A program made the translations under genes and the position numbers. Source: Planctomycetota bacterium (GTDB taxonomy: Bacteria; Planctomycetota; Planctomycetia; Pirellulales; Lacipirellulaceae). Taken from it: a DNA stretch of 56,616 nt. Of this stretch, positions 1 to 8,735 are shown piece after piece. The DNA lies in the NCBI GenBank assembly GCA_039190745.1, contig JBCCXZ010000019.1, positions 1-56,616 on the forward strand. Reading direction: 5' to 3'. The notes below the pieces were generated by a model, which saw nothing but the letters and a program-made list of their open reading frames with translations, had not been told where the DNA came from and ran no database searches. Positions within the stretch are counted from its first letter, which is position 1, and every line of letters starts with the position of its first letter.

Positions 1-30
1 GCCCCGGCGCCCGAGGGCGGCGGCGAGTAG
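1..30 (+). CDS. 3' end of an upstream gene (partial, ...APAPEGGGE*)
   Basis: Open frame with GC-rich third positions ending in TAG at 28-30, followed by a terminator-like hairpin. Confidence 0.4.
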   Translation, partial: APAPEGGGE

Positions 31-61
31 CTTCGTTCGCTTCCAGCACGAAACCCCACAG

Positions 62-90
62 AGCCCCGGGCGTCAGCCCGGGGCTTTTCT
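62..90 (+). terminator. Rho-independent terminator (REP-like palindrome)
   Basis: Perfect 10-bp stem AGCCCCGGGC-gtca-GCCCGGGGCT followed by TTTCT, about 30 nt after the stop. Confidence 0.7.
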
Positions 91-150
91 CATTGTGCAG
101 TTGCTGTCTAATGGCCTTGCCGTTTGTCGTGGCAGCCGGGAGATCAAGGG

Positions 151-480
151 ATGGCAAAATGGCGTGTGAAAGCCGCCGAGGCTTTCGGCTTTGAGCCCAA
201 TAAGTATAGCTATGCTCATAGCAAGAAGGAGCTCTTTGCGGATCTGGCGGTCATGGCATTGAGCGCAGCGGATGAGGGAGACAGCGAGTCACTGAAGAGG
301 ATTTCAGACTTCGTCTGCTGGGCATGTGCTCAGACTGCTGACGATCTTCAGTCGGTCGTCGACTTGGCTTTCTTTCTTCCGCTAATTAGCGAGCAGGAAC
401 TGGCAGGACTGGTTCTCAATTGCTTTCCGGCGGACCTCGTTGCCGGCAAACGCCATCTGCTGTTAGGTGAGGACGAGTAA
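151..480 (+). CDS. Small helical hypothetical protein
   Basis: ORF 124..480; ATG at 151 preferred over the TTG at 124; no motif recognised. Confidence 0.55.
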   Translation: MAKWRVKAAEAFGFEPNKYSYAHSKKELFADLAVMALSAADEGDSESLKRISDFVCWACAQTADDLQSVVDLAFFLPLISEQELAGLVLNCFPADLVAGKRHLLLGEDE

Positions 481-690
481 CCAAGACCCGGCGGTGCCGA
501 TAGATTCATTCAACCGCGCTAGAGTGTCAGCCCGCCTGCGGGAAACCAATCGCATTTCGGATCTCGGCCTGTGAGGCTCAGTGTCTTGCTTCCGATTAGA
601 GAGGGCATTGAAAGTAGATTTCTTGATGCTTCTCCCTTAGGTTTAATTCGTAGCCTTCGTATTCTTCACTTGTAGAGATGATCTCTCACG

Positions 691-1659
691 ATGGGTTTCG
701 AGATGAAACTAGGTGTGTTGATCTGCCTGGGGTTGGTTGCTCTCTGTCACAAGTCAGCATCCGCCGAGGATGATTTGGCGCCAAGCAAGCTGACTGGTGC
801 AGAGACGCAAGAAGTCTTGCTTCCGTGGATGGATACAGCGGATCTCAAAAGCAAGATCGACACGGTGCCAGCTCTCGTGAGTAAGAACACGTTTCATTGG
901 GTGCTCGCGGACGGTTCCTTGTGGACGTCCTTCACCCCAGTCGGACCGGGGCGAGTTGGCGTCATTTACTGGGAAGTCAAGAGCGACTCTGCGAATATCA
1001 AGGGAGGGCCCAGTTACGATTTGAACCAGACCATGTCCTACTACTACCTTGACCCACAGCCAGACAAGGTCGAGGGAGCCATCACAGCGAGCTCTCGTCT
1101 CGGATTGTTTGATTCTGTTGGACGGGCACCAGTAGTAGTGTCCTTCTTGTCCCAGGTTTTTCGGCGGAACCCGTCACGGCTTGCCGCTTGGTTGGAAGGC
1201 GTGCAGGGGTTGCCGTTAACCACCCGACAGCGGGTCTACGAAGCCGTCTGGAAGTCGGATACCCCAGAGTCAAAGATCGTTCTTGTGGAATTCCAGTTCC
1301 GAGATGAAGACGACAGAGAGGAAGTCGAGGAGATGCTGTCTCAGGTCCCTTCAGATGTATTGGTAGAAGAGATCAGTGAACCTCGTGATCTCGATGAATT
1401 GTGGAGCGCGTTTTCAGCAACGGGAGATAAGCGGTACGTCGAACGGATCATATCTGTGCTGTCTTGGGACGATCGTCAGGCATCAGGCGTCGAAAACGGA
1501 AAGGGGCTTCTTGTTGGAGCCGCAAAGTGGTCCCTGAGCAGCCAAGCGAGGCAGCATCCTATTGTTCAGCAGGTCTGCAGAGAGGCGGCTGAGGCGGTCG
1601 ACGAGACAACGAAGACGACACTATTAGGTCTATTGCCTGATACGGAACAAGCGCCCTAA
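691..1659 (+). CDS. Secreted hypothetical protein with helical C-terminal region (LDELWSAFSATGD...AAKWSL..QH)
   Basis: 322-aa ORF with signal peptide MKLGVLICLGLVALCHKSASA. Confidence 0.7.
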   Translation: MGFEMKLGVLICLGLVALCHKSASAEDDLAPSKLTGAETQEVLLPWMDTADLKSKIDTVPALVSKNTFHWVLADGSLWTSFTPVGPGRVGVIYWEVKSDSANIKGGPSYDLNQTMSYYYLDPQPDKVEGAITASSRLGLFDSVGRAPVVVSFLSQVFRRNPSRLAAWLEGVQGLPLTTRQRVYEAVWKSDTPESKIVLVEFQFRDEDDREEVEEMLSQVPSDVLVEEISEPRDLDELWSAFSATGDKRYVERIISVLSWDDRQASGVENGKGLLVGAAKWSLSSQARQHPIVQQVCREAAEAVDETTKTTLLGLLPDTEQAP

Positions 1660-1897
1660 GGAGCAGCAGATGCGCAGTATGGACGACTTAGAAACCCCTT
1701 GGCTTACAGCAGGTTTTCGTTCGTAGCATTCTTTGCCGATTCAGGCACGTCTCTCTCCGCCAACCTGCACGTAAGGGTCGAGCTTCGCACGGAACTAGGG
1801 GTGTCAGGCCGGGGTGTTGTGTGCCATATCTCTAGAATGAAGGCTCAGCGTCAGACGGCTGGCGCTTAGCATGTCGCAACAGTAGGAGAGGCCACCA

Positions 1898-2284
1898 ATG
1901 CGGGCGATCGCGCTTTGCACTGCCACGCTGTTCCTTTCGCTTCTTGGCGATGACAAGCCCACTCTAGACCGACTGCTGGAAGAGCGGATCAAGCTCAACC
2001 GGGAGTACAAGGAAGACTTCTTAGAGGCGGCGAAGGAGTCAGCGTTCCCTGAACAAGCCGCCCGGTTCGAAGCGGGGGTCGCCGACGGGTGGATCGATTT
2101 GCTCACCAAGATCCGAGGCTCCGACGACGAAGAACTCAAGATGAGTATCTTGCGGCTGGAGTACTACGATGAAATGAGGAGTTACCTCACGGAGCTCGAG
2201 TGGGCCGAAACCAATGAGGAGCGTGCCGAGGCGCGTGCAGGTATTGAAGAGTACGAGCAGAGGCTGAAGGGCTTGGAGAACTAA
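1898..2284 (+). CDS. Small secreted coiled-coil hypothetical protein
   Basis: AGGAG upstream of the ATG, hydrophobic N-terminus, charged helical body. Confidence 0.65.
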   Translation: MRAIALCTATLFLSLLGDDKPTLDRLLEERIKLNREYKEDFLEAAKESAFPEQAARFEAGVADGWIDLLTKIRGSDDEELKMSILRLEYYDEMRSYLTELEWAETNEERAEARAGIEEYEQRLKGLEN

Positions 2285-2301
2285 AGGCGGGGGCGGTAAC
2301 G

Positions 2302-2823
2302 GTGCAGTCGCTCAAGATTGTCCTGCTGGCTGTCACCGCCTGCGTTTTGTACGGCGTCGTGCACGATCAATTCACCGCGCGGATCTGCGTCGAGTACTTC
2401 ACGGTGGGCCACCCGCCGGTGTTTGGGACCGACGACCCGACGTTGCTCGGCTTGGGCTGGGGCGTGATTGCCACGTGGTGGGTCGGTGTGCTGCTGGGGG
2501 TTCCGTTGGCGCTGGCGGCACGGGTGGGCAGCAGGCCGAAGTTGGCGTGGCGCAAACTGGTTCAGCCGCTCTGCGTGGTGATGGCGGTCTCGGCCGTGCT
2601 GGCGATTGCAGCGGGGGCGGTCGGTTACTTCGCCGCGTCGGGCGGGCAGCTAACGCTTTGGCCGGCGATGGCGGACCGGTTGCCACCGGAGAAGCACGTA
2701 CCGTTTCTGGTCGACCTCTGTGCCCACAACGCCAGCTACGCGGGCGGTTTCTTGGGCGGGGCGGTGCTGACGGTTTGGGTGTGGCGTCGTCGCGGCGTCC
2801 TGCGATCTGGCAACGTCAGCTGA
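2302..2823 (+). CDS. Integral membrane hypothetical protein (about 4 TM)
   Basis: GTG start; hydrophobic segments with HDQ...EYFTVGH and HNASY motifs. Confidence 0.75.
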   Translation: MQSLKIVLLAVTACVLYGVVHDQFTARICVEYFTVGHPPVFGTDDPTLLGLGWGVIATWWVGVLLGVPLALAARVGSRPKLAWRKLVQPLCVVMAVSAVLAIAAGAVGYFAASGGQLTLWPAMADRLPPEKHVPFLVDLCAHNASYAGGFLGGAVLTVWVWRRRGVLRSGNVS

Positions 2824-2965
2824 GTGGTGGCGGTTCTGCGGCTTGTGCTTCTCGTGCCACAGTGGATGCCCTTTTGTGGACGACTTTTTTGCCTTGCGCG
2901 GGCTAGAGTTGTGGAGTCCCGACCGCCGTGGTCTGGCTCCCGTATAACTCCGCGCGCGGTCAGTC

Positions 2966-4132
2966 ATGAGCGGCTATCAGATCCAAATCGCCTCCGGCGT
3001 CGACCAGTTTGTGCATTGGGTCCACGCGTGGAATGATCTCTGGGCGCGGAGCTGCCCGGCGCAGCCCACTTCGCGCGCCGAGGGCGTGCTGGACTGGGTC
3101 GAAGCGTTTGCGGAGGACGAGCCGTTCTCCGCGGTCTGCGTGGAAGCCGACGGCCGGTTGGTCGCGGGGCTGCCGCTGGTACGCTCGTCCCTGGGCGGGG
3201 TGCTGCAGGTCTACCGCCGGCCGATCTCGCCGTGGTCTGATTCGGGCACGTTGCTGCTGGACCGCAGCGTTGACGCCGTAGCAGCGCTCGACACGCTGGT
3301 CGACGGCCTCGACGCGGCGGGCGTGCATTTGATGTCGTTCGAGGAGACGCCGTTCGAGCAGCCGCAGTGGGCGGCATTTGCCGAGGCCGTCTCGCGGCGG
3401 GGCGGGTATAGCCTCGTCACCGCAAAGAACACCGTCGGCGTGGTCGACATCCTCAACGACTGGGACCGTTACCAGAAGAGCTGGTCGGGCAACCACCGCG
3501 GGGCGATCAAGCGGTCGCTGAAGAAGCTCGAGAAAAAACACACGGTGCGCCTGGAGCGGCACCGGTCGGCAGAGGGGATCGATCTCGACGGGCTGCTGGA
3601 CGTTGCTTTCCAGATCGAAGACCGCACGTGGAAGGGCGACGAGGGCACCTCGGTGCTGAAGTGCCCGGGGATGGCGGGGTTCATCAAACGCGAGGCACGC
3701 CGGGTGGCGGACGCCGGGTCTTTAGACCTGTGGTTCTTGTACGCCGACGACACGCCGATCGCGTTCGAGTACTGCCACCTCTCGGGGGGCACGTGCTACT
3801 CGCACAAGATCGGGTACGACCCCGACTACGCGGCGTACGGCCCGGGGCGGCTGTTGCGGCGGCTGCAGCTGGAGCGGCTGCACGACGACCCCGAGTGCGG
3901 CGTGCTCGACATGCTGGGCGTGATCTGCCCGACCAAAGCGAAGTGGGCCACACGGACGTACCCCATTGGCCGGCTGCACGCGTCGATCCGCGGCGTCATG
4001 CCCCAGGCGCTCTTGCGGGGGTATGGCTGGGTGAAGCCGGCCCTGCAGAAGCTGCGTCAGTCGGAGACGGTTGTGCCGCAGCTGGGCGCAGCGGGGTTGC
4101 TGCCGCCGGGCGGCGTGCCGGTGGGGGCGTAG
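2966..4132 (+). CDS. GNAT family N-acetyltransferase (CelD/BcsL, Acetyltransf_6-like)
   Basis: GRLVAGLPL, IEDRTWKG, KIGYDPDYAAYGPGRLL and KAKWAT motifs. Confidence 0.85.
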   Translation: MSGYQIQIASGVDQFVHWVHAWNDLWARSCPAQPTSRAEGVLDWVEAFAEDEPFSAVCVEADGRLVAGLPLVRSSLGGVLQVYRRPISPWSDSGTLLLDRSVDAVAALDTLVDGLDAAGVHLMSFEETPFEQPQWAAFAEAVSRRGGYSLVTAKNTVGVVDILNDWDRYQKSWSGNHRGAIKRSLKKLEKKHTVRLERHRSAEGIDLDGLLDVAFQIEDRTWKGDEGTSVLKCPGMAGFIKREARRVADAGSLDLWFLYADDTPIAFEYCHLSGGTCYSHKIGYDPDYAAYGPGRLLRRLQLERLHDDPECGVLDMLGVICPTKAKWATRTYPIGRLHASIRGVMPQALLRGYGWVKPALQKLRQSETVVPQLGAAGLLPPGGVPVGA

Positions 4133-4155
4133 CCCGCTCGGATGTCTCGTCGGTC

Positions 4156-5523
4156 CTATTCCGCGGCAAAGCTGCGTGCCTCGGTCACTTGCACGACGAA
4201 CGCGAAGCGGGTGTTGGCGAGCTTCGGTGCGGCGGGCTGCTCGACGACCTCGCCTCCGTAACCGCCGCCATAGCCACCGCCGAAACCGCCGCGTCCGCCG
4301 GCTGGCCGTGGCGGCGCGGTTGCGGTGACGTGGTTGGCGGTGCCGAGGATGAGGTAGTGGCCGAGTGTGGCTTGGGTGGAACCGTTGAGTTCGCAGACAT
4401 CGCTGCTGCCTCGCGGTCCTCGGCTGCCTGGAGCACCTTGACTCACCCGCAGCCTGAAGACCAGCGGCATCTGATCGGTGCCGGAATAGACAAGCTCGCC
4501 GCCACAGGAGATCCGGAAGACTTGGTCGCTAATGGTTGCCGCCGATTCGGTCTCCCAGCCGGTTCCGTCTTCTTCCTCCAGCATGGCGGTCGCGACCGAC
4601 TGGCTGACAATACCGGGGTGCTGTAGGCCCATGCCGCCGACGGCTTCGATGACCGCCCCGGGGAGGTAGTTTGCGGCGGCGCTGACGGCTTCTTCTGACT
4701 GGTTGTCCGCTAGCCAGTAGACGCGGATCTGGAGATTCTGTGACGACGTACTGGCCGAGTCGACAGACCCGGCGCTTGTTGACTCTTGGTGTTCTTTAGC
4801 GACGCTGTCCATGCTCTCGACGAGGCGATCGACCACCTCGATCACCTTCTTGGGGGCCCGGAATACGATGGAATTTGAGTCGTCTTCGACCGCGATGCGG
4901 AAAGGGCTGCCTTCGAGAACCTCGTTGATAGTTTCCGTGACGCGTTCCGCTTTAGCGTAACGTATCCGGTAGAGCACGATCTCAGCGTCCTCGGCCCATT
5001 CGTCGACGTGCTCACCCGCGTCGTCGAGGGCCTCCTCGGCCATTTCGAAGAGTTCGGAGACGGCTACTTCGAGTTCGTCGAGGCGGATTTCGAGGTCGCC
5101 CAGGAACTCCTGCAGGCCGTGGTCTTCGTGCTCATCGTCTTCGTCTTCTCCCTCGTGATCGAGGCCCTGCTCGTAATCTTGCTCGCCGTGCTCCTCTTCG
5201 TCGCGGTTGCCCCAGAGACGGTGAAGCTCGTCCTGCATCCGCTCGGGTAGGTTGCTTAAGAGTCCCTCGTACTGCGCTCGGTACTCATCAACCGCTTGAC
5301 TGTGCGTCTCGGTGCGGATGTCGTCTTCGCCGTACTGATCTTCTAGCTCTTCGAGTTTGTCTTCCAACTCATCGAGCCTCTCGCGGTACATGATGACTTG
5401 ACCGGTGGGGGCATCGAGTTCTGCGAGTTCGGCGAGCGTCTGCTCAGCCGCGTCCTCAGCGACACAGCGAGTACTCGGAATGGCAAGAATCAGCAGGGCC
5501 AGAATGGGGATAGAGAACCTCAT
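4156..5523 (-). CDS. Secreted protein with acidic/His-rich coiled region and a secretin N (NolW-like) domain
   Basis: Signal peptide; YRIRYAKAERVTETINEVL...EDDSNSIVFRAPKKVIEVVDRLVESMD fits the Secretin_N pattern; ATGA overlap with the upstream gene. Confidence 0.7.
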   Translation of the reverse strand: MRFSIPILALLILAIPSTRCVAEDAAEQTLAELAELDAPTGQVIMYRERLDELEDKLEELEDQYGEDDIRTETHSQAVDEYRAQYEGLLSNLPERMQDELHRLWGNRDEEEHGEQDYEQGLDHEGEDEDDEHEDHGLQEFLGDLEIRLDELEVAVSELFEMAEEALDDAGEHVDEWAEDAEIVLYRIRYAKAERVTETINEVLEGSPFRIAVEDDSNSIVFRAPKKVIEVVDRLVESMDSVAKEHQESTSAGSVDSASTSSQNLQIRVYWLADNQSEEAVSAAANYLPGAVIEAVGGMGLQHPGIVSQSVATAMLEEEDGTGWETESAATISDQVFRISCGGELVYSGTDQMPLVFRLRVSQGAPGSRGPRGSSDVCELNGSTQATLGHYLILGTANHVTATAPPRPAGGRGGFGGGYGGGYGGEVVEQPAAPKLANTRFAFVVQVTEARSFAAE

Positions 5524-5954
5524 GACGCGCCTCCTCTTTGTGCAACGCGGTTGCGGATCGAACGGGCGAGCGCCTCGCGGCGGACGCGCTTCTCTGATTC
5601 GTACGTCGGGACGAGCTGGACGACTGTCACGTTGGGTGCGACCCGCTCGTGTCGGACGACGATGTGGTTGGATGTGGTGAATTCGGTCGGCGGCTCGACG
5701 ACCACGACTTCCGGGGTCTGCGGGGCTACCGAAGTCGGCGCGCTCTGGTCGTACCGGTCAGCGATTGCGATCCAGCCGAGGGCGACGCAGGCCGCTGCAG
5801 CGGCGACTGCCAAGCGGCGTGAGCCGTTGGACTGCTCACGCGCGACCGCCGAGCGCACCGAGTTTCGCAAGCTCGGTGGCGCCGTCTGCGCCGCGACCGC
5901 GGAGCGGAGCAGGCCGTCGAGTGCGTCGTCGGTGATGTGCGGCTTGTCGTTCAT
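5520..5954 (-). CDS. Putative single-TM anti-sigma factor
   Basis: Likely start MNDKPHITDDALDGLLR at 5954 (ATGA overlap with the sigma stop); one TM segment LAVAAAAACVALGWIAIA; directly after an ECF sigma. Confidence 0.7.
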   Translation of the reverse strand: MNDKPHITDDALDGLLRSAVAAQTAPPSLRNSVRSAVAREQSNGSRRLAVAAAAACVALGWIAIADRYDQSAPTSVAPQTPEVVVVEPPTEFTTSNHIVVRHERVAPNVTVVQLVPTYESEKRVRREALARSIRNRVAQRGGAS

Positions 5955-6475
5955 CGTTTCGTTTGGAGTTGTTGATCGATGTCTTGGAGTTGCTCTCGGA
6001 GCCGCTTGCGGCCGGCGGCGAGGCTGGCCTTCACGGCTTGGGTGGTGATGCCGAGGACCTCGGCCACTTCCGCTTGCGGGAGCGACTCGCACACGGCGAG
6101 GTGCATCACGCGGCGCTGCCGGTCGGGCAGGGCGTCGAGCGCGGCGAGCGCCCGGTTGAGTGTTTCTTGGTGTTCGACGCCGCCGGTCGCTGGGGGCCGG
6201 GGGTCGGCGGATTCTTGTTCGGCGGGCTCCTCGTGTTTCCGTAGTCGCAGTTTTCGGCGGAGCGTGTCGTTCCAGGCGTTGTCGGCGATCCGCAGCAGCC
6301 ACACCTTGGCGGCCGCGGCGTCGCGGAGCGAGGTGCGTCGCCGCCACGCCCGCAGCATGGTTTCCTGCGTGAGGTCCGCGGCCGCGTCGGCGTCTTGCGT
6401 CAGTCGGAACGCGTAGCGGTACACCCCGTCCAGGTGCAGCTCCAGCAGCCTCTCGCTAAAGCCTGCCTCGGCCAT
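5951..6475 (-). CDS. ECF RNA polymerase sigma-70 factor
   Basis: Region 2 VYRYAFRLTQDADAAADLTQETMLRAW..WLLRIADN; region 4 LPDRQRRV...EVAEVLG...VKASL; start at MAEAGF inferred. Confidence 0.9.
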   Translation of the reverse strand: MAEAGFSERLLELHLDGVYRYAFRLTQDADAAADLTQETMLRAWRRRTSLRDAAAAKVWLLRIADNAWNDTLRRKLRLRKHEEPAEQESADPRPPATGGVEHQETLNRALAALDALPDRQRRVMHLAVCESLPQAEVAEVLGITTQAVKASLAAGRKRLREQLQDIDQQLQTKR

Positions 6476-6839
6476 CGCGGCACGCGCCCCCGTCCCTGCA
6501 CGCCCCCCTGTTCCCGCAAGGGCTTGTTCGGACGACGCCGAAGTGGCGTCAGCCAGTCGTGCTATCAGTGAAGGACGTAAGTGGCGGGCGGAGGTCAAAG
6601 AGAAAGTGGGAGTGGGGGGTGGGAGTGGGAGAAAAGCGGGGCCCCTGCGTTGCGTATTCTACGCGGTTTATGGCGTCAGGCCAGAAACGCCGGGGTTCTC
6701 CGCTGGTGGGCGGGGCTTGGCTCAAGCGGGGAGGGCGGCGACGCCGAACTTTGGAGACGTGGCTCCGCGCCGATTGTCGGCTTGGGGCTCGCTCCTCGTC
6801 TTCTCTAATCACGTTATCTACTGACGCTGGCAGAACGGC

Positions 6840-7718
6840 ATGTCGACCGTTTCCGAATCGCAGATCATCGTGCCCGAGCGGCGCGGCCCGCTGTCTGGGC
6901 CTTACAACGCGCTGGCTGACTTGGGCGAGGCGGTGCTGTCGTTCTTCGAGACGATCGGCGAGACGACGCTGTTCGCGCTGAGCACGTTCGGTTGGCTCGT
7001 TCGTCGGCTGCCGCGGCGCGACACGGTGGTGACGCAGATGTACCAGATTGGCGTGCTGAGCGTGCCGGTCGTGGCGCTCACGGGCACGTTCATCGGCATG
7101 GTGCTCGCGGTGCAGTCGTACCACCAGTTCCGGGCTATCGGCTTCGAAACGCAGCTCGGCGGGGTGATCCACAAAACGATGTTCCGAGAACTCGGCCCCG
7201 TGCTGGCGGCGACGATGCTCGCCGGGCGGGTCGGCAGTGCGATGGCGGCCGAACTCGGCACGATGCGGGTCACCGAGCAGATCGACGCGTTGAGCAGCAT
7301 GGGCGCGAACCCGATTCAGTACCTGGTTGTGCCGCGGTTCTTGAGCTGCCTGCTGCTGATCCCCACGCTGACGGTGATGGCGGAGTTCATGGGCGTCGCC
7401 GGCGGCGGCTGGTACTGCGTGTACATGCTGGGGATCGACTCGCACCACTACCTCTCGAACGCCGCGGCGTACGTCGAGAACTGGGACCTGTTCTACGGCA
7501 TAGCTAAGTCGGTGGTGTTCGGCGCGGTGATCGGGTTGGTGGGCTGCCACGAGGGGTTCCACTGCAAGCCGGGCGCGGAGGGCGTGGGCCGGGCAGCGAC
7601 GACGGCGTTCGTCCGCTCGTTTGTGGTGATCATCGTGCTCGATTTGTTCTTGAGCATGGTTCTCGACCAGGTGTACCTGCTGATCTGGCCGGACGGGCCG
7701 ATGCTGTTCGGGGCATGA
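6840..7718 (+). CDS. mlaE: MlaE-family ABC transporter permease
   Basis: RELGPVLAATMLAGRVGSAMAAELGTMRVTEQIDALSSMG and GAEGVGRAATTAFV signatures. Confidence 0.93.
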   Translation: MSTVSESQIIVPERRGPLSGPYNALADLGEAVLSFFETIGETTLFALSTFGWLVRRLPRRDTVVTQMYQIGVLSVPVVALTGTFIGMVLAVQSYHQFRAIGFETQLGGVIHKTMFRELGPVLAATMLAGRVGSAMAAELGTMRVTEQIDALSSMGANPIQYLVVPRFLSCLLLIPTLTVMAEFMGVAGGGWYCVYMLGIDSHHYLSNAAAYVENWDLFYGIAKSVVFGAVIGLVGCHEGFHCKPGAEGVGRAATTAFVRSFVVIIVLDLFLSMVLDQVYLLIWPDGPMLFGA

Positions 7719-7722
7719 GAAA

Positions 7723-7856
7723 CGATGAACTATGAGCGATGAAAGATGAATGGGGGTTGAGCTAATCGTGAACCGGAGCCATCACACCAAGCACGCGAGA
7801 CGTGACGTCTGCGCAGAGCATCCAGCCATTCATCGCTTATCGTTCATCGCTCATCG
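7723..7856. repeat. Inverted pair of short heptamer arrays (GATGAAC-type)
   Basis: GATGAAC TATGAGC GATGAAA GATGAAT ... ATTCATC GCTTATC GTTCATC GCTCATC. Confidence 0.8.
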
Positions 7857-7891
7857 CTCCGACTTTTAGCTTGAAGAGACAACTTACCGCT

Positions 7892-8701
7892 ATGGTCACC
7901 ACTCCTCCCATCCTTGAGATCGACCAGCTCGGCGTCCGTTTTGGGCGGCAGAAGGTGCTGCGCGACGTGTCGCTCCGCGTCCCGCGGGGGCAGCGGTTGG
8001 CGATCATCGGCGAGAGCGGCTGCGGGAAGACCGTGCTGCTGAAGACCCTCATCGGATTGATCGCCCCGACTCAAGGGGAGGTGCGTTTCGACGGCCACCG
8101 GATGGATGTCTTGCCGGAGGCCGAGCTGGCCCGGCAGCGGGCTCGGATCGGATTTGTGTTCCAGAACGCGGCGTTGTTCGACAGCATGACGATCGAAGAG
8201 AACATCCTGTTCCCGCTGCGGCAGCACCGGCGGGGCGGCCCCGAGGTGTTCCGCGGCGAGATCGAGCGGGGCATGGCCGCGGTGGGGCTGCCGGTGAGCG
8301 TGCTGCGGAAGCGGCCGGCCGAGCTCTCGGGCGGTATGCGGAAACGCGTCGGGCTGGCCCGAGCGCTGGTGATGAAGCCCGAGGTGTTGCTGTACGACGA
8401 GCCGACCACGGGCCTGGACCCGATAATGAGCGACGTGATCAACGAACTGATGCTGCGCTCCGGGGCCGGCGAGGGGGTCACGAGCATCCTGGTGACCCAC
8501 GACATGAAAACGGCCCACAAGGTGGCCGACCGGGTGGTGATGCTGTACCCGCTGGCTCGGCTGGACGGGGGCGAGTCGCAGGTGCTGTTCGACGGGGCGC
8601 CCGACGCGATCGACGCGAGCAAGGACCGCCGGGTGGCGCAGTTCGTCCGCGGCGAGGCGGGCGACCGGATTGTTGAAATGGGCGAACAGGTCGCTGTTTA
8701 G
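7892..8701 (+). CDS. mlaF: MlaF-family ABC transporter ATP-binding protein
   Basis: Walker A GESGCGKT, LSGGMRKRVGLARAL, LLYDEPTTGLDP; ATG at 7892 preferred because the longer ORF runs through the repeat. Confidence 0.92.
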   Translation: MVTTPPILEIDQLGVRFGRQKVLRDVSLRVPRGQRLAIIGESGCGKTVLLKTLIGLIAPTQGEVRFDGHRMDVLPEAELARQRARIGFVFQNAALFDSMTIEENILFPLRQHRRGGPEVFRGEIERGMAAVGLPVSVLRKRPAELSGGMRKRVGLARALVMKPEVLLYDEPTTGLDPIMSDVINELMLRSGAGEGVTSILVTHDMKTAHKVADRVVMLYPLARLDGGESQVLFDGAPDAIDASKDRRVAQFVRGEAGDRIVEMGEQVAV

Positions 8702-8735
8702 AAACACCACGACCCGTGGATAGCGAGAGCGTGTA

